Shown: positions 55,333 to 64,000 of the stretch, in pieces
Position numbering within the stretch: the stretch's first letter is position 1
Layout of the letters: the number at the start of each line of letters is the position of its first letter
Assembly (NCBI GenBank): GCA_964016885.1
Contig: OZ024740.1
Span: forward strand, 315,828,001 to 315,892,000
Direction: 5' to 3'
Length of the DNA stretch: 64,000 nt
Origin: Eledone cirrhosa
Taxonomy: Eukaryota
Made by a program: the position numbers and the translations under genes
Notes under the pieces: generated by a model
What the model was told of the DNA's origin: nothing
The model's input: only the letters and a program-made list of their open reading frames with translations
Database searches by the model: none

Positions 55333-55659
55333 TTTATTCAACATATTCTCCTCTCAGATTCACACACTTATTGCAGCGTAAAGATAACAGCTCTACCTTT
55401 CGCAATACCCTTAAGCTAGGAACTTTTCAGCACCTCGGTATAATTTCCATTATTAATGGAAATATAAAAAAAAACAAGATAAAAACAAAATTAAATAATG
55501 AAAAGAGGGGGAGGGGCGGTAATAAGGGCAGATCTGGCTGTATAGGAAAGGACTATAAATGTCGTAAATGAGAGGAAAAAGCAAGAACTATTAGGCCACA
55601 GGAGGAAAGAGAGAGGGTGATAGGTCTATGCCCAGGGCAGGGCGGTGTTTCTGCTGCGC

Positions 55660-55900
55660 CCTGCAGACAAAACTGCAAAGGCATTTCAGCGGACAATGGC
55701 CAGCGATACTTGCTGTAACAGCCACTTTTACCTCGCGGTGCTCCTTCCTCAGAAGAGCTGTTGACCTTCCGATTTTACGGAGGAGCTCGGCAGTATGCAG
55801 TCTGAGGATGCCTGAGGTCTCGACGGCGACCGGTGCGAAGAGAAAGTGGCCAGATAAATTGCTAGGAACCTTATAAATATAATACAATGGCTCTGCCAAG
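55660..55900 (-). mobile_element. CRE-like LINE 3' fragment
   Basis: FLFAPVAVETSGILR...LLRKIGR matches the RLE C-terminus. Confidence 0.65.
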
Positions 55901-57278
55901 TCACCGCTCTATTAGCATGTTACTAATTATTATTTATCAATTTTGCCAAGATTTGAACTTAAAAAACACAAGACACTAAATGTATTCTATGTTTTACATT
56001 AGAAAAAATTATTTTCACAAAATAAAGAAAATCAACCTTAACCTCCTTTGATTAAATTTTAGGCAGTCTATAAATATTCCAGTGTAAGTAGTGCTATTAC
56101 ACTATATTTCAAACTGCCAGAAAGAGTTCAGTGGTTAATGAGCCATATTACGATGTCTACCTCTATGAAAACTCTTTCTAAGTTTGACAGAACCATAAAA
56201 CGCCCCTCTCCTTGCATTAGACAATCCCCAAAGTCTGTGAGAGTAAAACATCCTGCCTCTAATGAAGAGAATGGTAAAAAAAGCTGTTGAAAACTTTTCT
56301 GCTGTGTTTAGAACGTTCTCCTCGAAAAATGTTTCGCGCAATATCTTCACAAATATAAAGCTGTCGATTGTTGAAGCCTTCCTTCGGTCTAATCATTCTT
56401 GCTTGACAGATGGCGAAATTTATGTAACTATTGGTACCTACCTTGCTTATTCAGTAAAGTTTTCTAAGATCGACATTAGGTTTGCAATGGAGAAAATTCT
56501 TATAGAAAGGTCAGTGGCTAAACCTGGGCAGTATAAGTTTGCAGGAAATCATATGGACTCACAAGGAATAAATCTAAGGACCTTAATGTATAACTGAATG
56601 CCTGCATGTCGCTCTGGCTCAGATTCAACATAGAGCATTATATATTACTCAATTCGATCAACAGGCTGTTCCGTCCACTTCAAATGGCAAAGCTCTTCTC
56701 GACCAGACTCTGACAGAAGATTTTAAGGCTTACATAATCTATCATCAGTTAGAATATGTCGGCAAGGTATTTTATTTGATATCTTCTATAAACTTAACAG
56801 CTTTTAAAAATGCGGAAAACGATTTGATGCCAAAGAAGTGGACGTGTGACTTTATAAACAAAATCCATTTCTGTCTCTGGAATTCTCTACACACAAATGC
56901 TACGTGATCCCTTTTAAATGAAGGGGAAAAAGAACACGTGCAAGACAAAATCTAAATGTTTCGGTAAATATTAATTAACATTACTGGAACAATAATCGAT
57001 ATACAAATACTACACATATACCGGATTAAGATTTTTTTTCTTTCTGTTAATGATGAAGGAATTGCATTTTGATATGTTAATAACGTTTGTAAACTTTCGG
57101 CAGGTGTTTCGAACTTGAAAGAGTGGATGAGTTATTCATACTATCACCTAAGGAATTTATTTCGAGTCACAAGACATTTCGAAATTTTCTTCATACGTAA
57201 ATTACTGTTGGTTTAAAAAAACAAACAACAACCTCTTTTCGTTGTTTTTTTTATTCTATAGATATAATAAATTTACTT

Positions 57279-58751
57279 GGCGATACTTGGTTTTAGTGTC
57301 CTAAATTATCATGATCGACATTCAATTATTAGCTCCACCCACTACACGATACGTCACGACATGTCATCAGCTGCTGCTGCTTATTGTTGAGAATAATTCA
57401 CCAGAAGAAACTTTAAATATGAATTTAACACACCGTGAAATGCATTTAATTATCGCAAATAACCGCTCTACTCTGGAATTTATGGCTAGCAACTGGTTAA
57501 TTTCAAATACTGTTAATTGTACTGCCTGCAATATTTTATGTTCGTTTGTGACTTTGAAAGACGGGATTGATGGCTTTAGATGGAAATGTAACGCATGCAA
57601 CTTTACGCAATCGATTCGTTGTGGATCCTTTTTTACTAGAAGTCATTTGAATCTACAACAAATTCTCGATTTTATCTACTATTGGTGTTTTGACATCGAA
57701 AATGTTATTTCAAATCAAATTCGCTGTAACAATACAACTACTGTTACCGACTGGGGCAATTTTATGCGTGATGTATGTAGTGAATGGGTTGAGCAAAATC
57801 CGGCGATACTCGGTGGTCTTGATTCTAACGGAATACCAATAACTGTACAAATTGATGAGAGCAAATATTTTCATCGTAAATCTGCTCGTGGGCTCTGGCA
57901 TGAAGGACATTGGGTCATTGGCGGAATTGATACTAATAATCCCTGCAATATTTTTCTCCATGAAATCCCAGGTAGTACTGCTGAGACTCTGCTGCCTCTC
58001 GTTGAAAGGCACTGCAAATGGATCTATGATCCATACAGATGAGTGGCGGGCATACAATCAAATACCAAATTTGCCTGGTCGTTATACACATCTGACTGTC
58101 AATCATTCGCAGCATTTCGTTGTTCCCATATCAAGTACACACACGCAAAATATTGAGGGGATGTGGTCTCATGCAAAAAAAAGAAAAACTGAAACGCATC
58201 AATGGTACCAGCCGACCACTAAGGGAGTTTGAGTGGCGATGGCGCAATGCAACGTATCCAACTGGTGAGGGTAAATGTTTCGAAAAAATTTTAAACTGTA
58301 TATCGCAACAATATATTGTTTAAAGACATTTTTTTTCTGTTAAAAACTGTAAATCTGTTAAAAAAAAAAAAAAAGTATTTCGCAGCAATATTTTTTCTGT
58401 TAAAAACTGTAAATAAATATTCATGTAAAAATGAAGCATAGTGTTTCTGTTAAAAACTTAAAAACTGTAAATAAATATTTATGTAAAAATGAAGCATAGT
58501 TTTTCTGTGAAAAACAGTAAATAAATATTTATTTTGCTCAAAAAATAAATCAAAAATCTAATTTTCTTTGTTAATATTTTAATAAATATTTATTCTAAAA
58601 ATTCAATGTTTTTTCGTTTAAAAATGAAGCATGTAAGAAAATGAACATGTAAAAATCAAGCAGCAGCAGCCGATGACGTGTCGTGTCGTGGGTGGAGCTA
58701 ATAATTGAATGTCGATGATGATAATTTAGGACACTAAAACCAAGTATCGCC
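57279..58751 (+). mobile_element. Merlin (IS1595/ISXO2-like DDE) DNA transposon, full length, frameshifted transposase
   Basis: 78 bp TIRs starting GGCG (3 mismatches) and a perfect 8 bp TSD atttactt (57271-78, 58752-59). Motifs CTAC..WKCNAC..SIR.GSFF, VQIDES, WVIGG, IHTDEWRAY, HLTVNHS and HTQNIEGMW are spread over three frames. Confidence 0.93.
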
Positions 58752-58974
58752 ATTTACTTTTTAAAACTGTTAGCACGGAAGTAATTTGGAATTGAATTGC
58801 TTACAACATTCGTACATTCGTTTAATGGAATTTTGCAGAGATACATTTTCCATATTGTAGATCACGATTATGTTGATTGGAGAAAAAGAAAAAAAAAAAA
58901 AATATATATATATATATGTTATGGAATACTGTTAGCTTCTCGCTACAACAATTTCTATACTTTTTATATATATC

Positions 58975-59729
58975 ATCATCATCATCATCATCACCGTTTT
59001 ACGTCCGTTCTTCCACGCTAGCATGGGTTAGACGGGTTGTCCTGTTGTGGGCAGTGTCTGGTCGGCTGACCATGCCTTGCTCATACAGGAACTGATCTGG
59101 CTTGATTTCTACAGCTGGATGCCCTTCCTAACACCAACCTCATTTACAGTGAGTGCTGGGTGCTTTTTCGTGGCGCCTACACGTCCACTTTACAGTGTGG
59201 GCTGGGTGCTTTTTTGCCGTGGCACCTCCACGACCACCTTGCGGTGGGGGGTGTGGGGGCATATTGTTTATATGCTTCAGCATGTACCCATGGGAGGTCG
59301 GGTACCCTGTATTACTGCGTGACGCCAGAAGTCACGGTCGTGTGTCATTGACTTTGAGAGGTGTAGTTGGGTAAGGTCGGCTTTTATCACCTCATCCCAA
59401 GTCATCTTGGGTCTCCCCACTCCGCGGTTTCCATCAACTTCTAGTGCTCTGCACCTTTTTATGCAGCTGTCATCCTTCATACGCATCACATGTCCATACC
59501 AGCGTAACCGCCTCTCCTGCACGCAGCATTTGATTCCTCTTATGCTCAGTCTCTCTCTCAATTCCTTTATGCTTTGTCGTTCACGTATATTACTGTTACA
59601 CATCCATCGGAGCATGCAGGCTTCGTTTCTCTCTAATCTACGTAAGTCTTCCACCTTCAGCGCCCAGGTCTCACTACCATGCAACATCGCTGTTCGGATA
59701 CACGCATCATACAGTCTGCCTTTCATTCT
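58975..59729 (-). mobile_element. RTE LINE 3' fragment with (GAT)n tail
   Basis: KGRLYDACIRTAMLHGSETW...RRLRWYGHVMR...GRPKMTW, same family as 24255-26890. Confidence 0.88.
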
Positions 59730-59740
59730 TATATATATAT

Positions 59741-60246
59741 AGAAGTTCTATTTAAATTGTTGGGATACAACAAGCAAATATTTTTATAACTGATATAAAG
59801 CACTCAACAAATTATTGGAGTAAAAATACGATATATTAACAAATGGAAACTATATTTATAAAACCATATTTATTTCATTATACATATTTCAAGGACACCA
59901 AGTTAAATTATGGTGTGCTTTTATCAGATAAAATATAATATAGATCAGTTTCATAAATAAATATTGACATACCCTTAAAGAATGCGACCATTTCTGTTGG
60001 AAGCTCCCGGATTATAAATTTATTTATACTATTATGCAAATTAGTGTCGGATATTTTTAAATCACAGTAGATTTAAAATAAGCTTTGGTGTCCTTCAAAT
60101 ATGTATAATGAAATAAATATGGTTTTTATAAATATAGTTTCCATTTGTTAATATATTGTATTTTTACTCCAATAATTTGTTGAGTGCTTTATATCAGTTA
60201 TAAAAATATTTGCTTGTTGTATCCCAACAAATTAAATATAACTTCT
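59741..60246. mobile_element. ~0.5 kb palindromic non-coding element made of two inverted family-A Penelope terminal repeats
   Basis: Arms 59741-59901 and 60085-60246 are near-identical and homologous to about 43240-43390. (TA)n lies on both sides. Confidence 0.85.
59871..59935 (-). ncRNA. Hammerhead (family A) with G8A core substitution
   Basis: UAUUUUAU-CUGAUAA-AAG.ACACCA/UGGUGU.CUU-GAA-AUAUGUAU-A-AUGAAAUA. Confidence 0.72.
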
Positions 60247-60646
60247 ATATATATATATCTATATATATATATTTATTTTCATTACTGCACAATTTTGTTC
60301 ATTGGCAGCATGGCCGAATGATAAAGAAGTTCACTTCACAATATCGCAAGGAAGAGGCTATTTTGCTGGTAATATTTTAATTATTATGAAGGCAGGTTAT
60401 GTTAAAAATAACACATATTTAACAGAAGTTTATTTATTTTCACCACTAATTGTTAAGACAATTTAAAATTTAACCCCAACTCTAATATTTACCGGCAAAA
60501 TAGCCTGGGGGTCTATTTTACCGGGACCGGCAAAATAGCCAATTTGATATGCGCAATCATTAGGTCCCGGGTTCGATCCCACTGCTTGGTATTTTGTACC
60601 AGTGTCATTTACCGTAGTCGGATCGACTCATGCCTTAGTGAAATTA

Positions 60647-60853
60647 CCGTATATACTTGAATATAAACCGAGGTATATGTTACCAAAAAAAAAAAAAAAA
60701 AAAAAAATCAATGGTAGAAGGAGATCGACTTATATTCAGGCTCAATATTTTGACGAGTTCCACCAACTTTAAATTCTACGTAAATAAGGTTTGGAATTTT
60801 GTCCATTTCTCAGACATAAAACAATGGGTCAACTTATATTCGAGTGTATACGG
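60647..60853. mobile_element. Tc1/mariner(pogo)-type MITE nested in a second tRNA-SINE family (about 60305-60890)
   Basis: ta|ccgtatatacttgaatataa ... ttatattcgagtgtatacgg|ta. The host SINE has B-box gggttcgatccc at about 60569. Confidence 0.7.
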
Positions 60854-61716
60854 TAGGTAGAGGAAAACTGTTAGGAAGCCCGTCGGATGGACTATACCTG
60901 TAATTCAAAGGTTCAACCTTGTCACACTGAATCTCCCTTAGAATTACACCAAGAGTACAGGTGGCCGGAATGCTCAGCCACTTACACATTAATATCACGA
61001 GCAAGCTGCTTCGTTGATCAAATAACTAGACTCTTATCGTCGAAACAGATGGAGGCCTATTCCATTCTACTGCCGTTCATTAATGTTTTTATTTAATGAA
61101 TATTCAAGTTGCGTTTATAGTAGGCTTTACATGAACTCCCTGGAGACGTGATGGGCTCCGTCAGGTTTAAAATAGAAACGTTGCATGTCAATGCGGTGCC
61201 CCTAAGACACTCAGGAGTTACGGGTCCATTCATACATACATATACTCGTTAGTTTTTCTTATTCTTTCCAATTTAATTTTGTGATTTAAAAAAAAAAAAA
61301 ATTGATCTTATTTATTTACAATAGGTCTCCTGCCGGTTAGTTTTGCCCATAAAATCTGTCTTGCGATTCTTTTCTGAGACATTCTGACCACATGTCCATA
61401 GTATCGAAGCTGTGATCACCCAATTCGGAGAAGTAGTGGCTCTACCCGGAGTGACTCTCTGATCTCTGATCAACACACTCTATCAAGTAACGTTACTCCA
61501 ATGACCACCATTTCGGCTGCTTGTATTCTTTCGGTCATTACCCAAGATTCAGCACAAATACCGAATTGAAGATAGCGAGTCTGGCTTTAACGCCTACTTT
61601 CCTGTTTATGATTACTGAATGCTGAAGTTGATGCACTACTGCACCAACTCCTGCAATTCTTGTTTATACATTTTAAAAGTTGAATATAATCTATCCTCCC
61701 CAGACCTTTCTTTTAA

Positions 61717-61911
61717 CCCTTTAGCATTTACATTACTCTATATACACTATTGTATTTTTGCGGTAAAGACTTTATCTTACATAATATCAATCTATGAGAT
61801 TTTGATATTATTTATTTTGAGAACAATACCGTAACAAGTATGACCGGCTGGTTTGAACAGAAAGAGGTAAGAGAATTCTGGCCGAATACGACCAATTTAA
61901 ATGCTAAATGG
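61717..61911. mobile_element. piggyBac-type MITE
   Basis: ttaa|ccctttagcattta ... taaatgctaaatgg|ttaa. A further partial copy lies at about 62800-62997. Confidence 0.75.
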
Positions 61912-63409
61912 TTAACCATTTTTGTATTTATAAAGTAAACCTTAAAGAATATTTTAAAGAGGTAAATTTTTTAAAATATACTTGTTACACCATTGGTGAT
62001 ATATAGTTTACTACAACTACTGTACTAATAGAAATTGGTATTAGGTTAAATCAACTCTATTTAGTAGTTAGTGAATAAGATAGATTTTTAAACAATGTAG
62101 AGGTCATTTTGGGTTTAGGAAGAACACCCAAGCATTTGGCCATACCATCCTTATCAATAAGATAATTTTTGTTTCTTGCCAGCATGGTTGTAGAAAACCA
62201 GTGGGTTATGTTACCAAGTCAGGTACCAATGCCTGACAAAAGATTTAGTTAAAATACATTGGTTACACGCTGAGAATAAGTTGGTTACATAAAAATAAAG
62301 TTTATATTTTAACCCTTTGTTGCAGTTATCTATGTTAGGTTACCTTTGTTAGGTTATCTATGTAAAATATCTTTAAAGCATTCACAAGTAGTTACATATT
62401 TGCTTGAAATAAATTACTGTTAACATAAGAGTGAAAATTATGGAATATACTCTGAGTCCAAACAAGGTTAAAGCAGTTTGATGATAGTAACTTTTCATTA
62501 ATGCATTCTTTCAGGCTAGGACTTGCTAGAGCTACTCTTGGAAACAATTCAAAGGATAAAGTTTTGGGGCTCTGATGTAAAAGTAAATGTTTACTGAAGT
62601 AAACAAGAGTATGTGAAGTAAGCCCTTATTATCTCATCCTGGGTTAATTTCCATAGGGAACAAAGAAACAGTTATATGATGCTGTGATCAACTACTTCTG
62701 ATGGTGAGATTTTCACAGCAATACTGATAGTACCAATGTTTTAGTTTGAAAACGAAATCACATACAAGTTATTTAGAAACAATTGTCTGAGATACATCAA
62801 CATTTATATTACTCTATATATACTATTATATTTTCATGGTAAAGGCTTTAACTCACATAATTATTTTCCATAATATTGAATTTGAGATTTTGAGAACAAT
62901 ACCTTAATATCAGTATGAAGGGCTGATTACAGCCAGTCCGAACAGAAAGAGGTGAAAGAATTCTGGCTGGATGCAGCTGGTTTAAATGCTAAAGGGTTAT
63001 GTGGTTGCATTGCTGAAGAATAGGGTGGTGGATTGGCAGAATTGTTAGCACATCAGACAATGTTTTGTGATATTTGTTCTGTTTTATTTTTTACATTCTT
63101 CTAAGGTTGATAAAGTGTTATCTAAAACAGTTTTGAATCAGAAGCTAAGAAGACATTATCCTTAATCAGGACTTCAGCAAGCAAGTATATTCCAAATGAA
63201 TTGAAATGATTTTTCATACTATAGTTTTCTCTTGATTGTCATGTTTAAGAGCTGCTATTATAGATAAAAGTAGTCACAAGTAACTCTGTAACATATGGTG
63301 ATTGCCTCAATGTTACATTGAACCCCACACAGCAATTTTCATACTTTTAAATCTGATGTACTAGGTTTAAAACTGATGTGGTATGTACTAGATATTCAAA
63401 TTCTATCTA

Positions 63410-63620
63410 AGACGATTCTCCAAGGAACAGTGCAGGGTAAGAGAAGACCAGGCAGACTGAGGGAGTGGTGGATTGACAACAGTTGAATGGATGGGGAAGA
63501 ACTTTGCCACAAACCAAGCACCCGCCCATGACTGCCAGAAATGGAGGCAGTTGGTGCAGCATTAGGCACTAGAGTGTCCTAACGACCCCGAAAGGGGTTA
63601 GGAAACCATGATGATGATCT
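63410..63620 (+). mobile_element. Degenerate RTE-like LINE 3' end
   Basis: ILQGTVQGKRRPGR..EWWID followed by a (GAT)n tail. Confidence 0.6.
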
Positions 63621-64000
63621 GAAATTAATACTGATATGCAATTTGTAATATTTATATAAAATGGTGGCAAAAATAGATTTCACAAAATGAAAATAAGTCA
63701 ATACTAGTTATGAAAATTGAAGCATTTTGAGTTTTTATCTCAAGAACGTTTTTATATATTGTACATGGTAAAATGTTTATAAATCTATATGAGTTTCTCT
63801 TTTATTGAAAGACAGTTTTATCCTTTTACACAGACTTTTGGAGATCATTTCATCAATCTTTCCAGAATTCTGATATATTGGTTACATTAAAAAAAATAAT
63901 AAATAAAAACAAATTGATATTTTTATTTTATTTTCAAAAGTTAATGTGAGCAAATAGAAAATAAAAGATTGCTAACTGTTGGTTGGTTTTGAGAAGCCAA

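Noticed and set aside
57311-58323. Bacterial IS1595 contamination
   Set aside because: It is embedded in eukaryotic repeats with a TSD, and the zinc-finger plus DDE layout fits eukaryotic Merlin.

Overview
Eukaryotic, AT-rich, microsatellite- and repeat-dense animal DNA. The SINE, RTE and (TA)/(CA) landscape looks like an octopus or other coleoid cephalopod (inference). There are two host genes: an intronless WRAP73/WDR8 (+, 8076-9422) and a convergent five-exon DUSP22/DUSP15-like dual-specificity phosphatase (-, 35548 to 17776). The rest is transposon-derived: CRE-type RLE LINE fragments, RTE LINE fragments, tRNA-derived SINEs, non-autonomous Helitrons, a DD37D maT element, a Buster-type hAT, a full-length but frameshifted Merlin, and MITEs. 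The most interesting signal lies at about 37-51 kb and 59.7-60.2 kb. There, three divergent Penelope-like (Naiad-type) GIY-YIG endonuclease ORF remnants sit among eight type I hammerhead ribozyme motifs read by eye (five with intact core and stems, three carrying substitutions). These motifs have co-varying palindromic stem III sequences and non-G-C stem II closing pairs. Several lie in long outward-facing inverted repeats, and the units are joined through (TA)n tracts. All structures were assigned manually, with no database searches. Most long ORFs in the supplied track are microsatellite artefacts.
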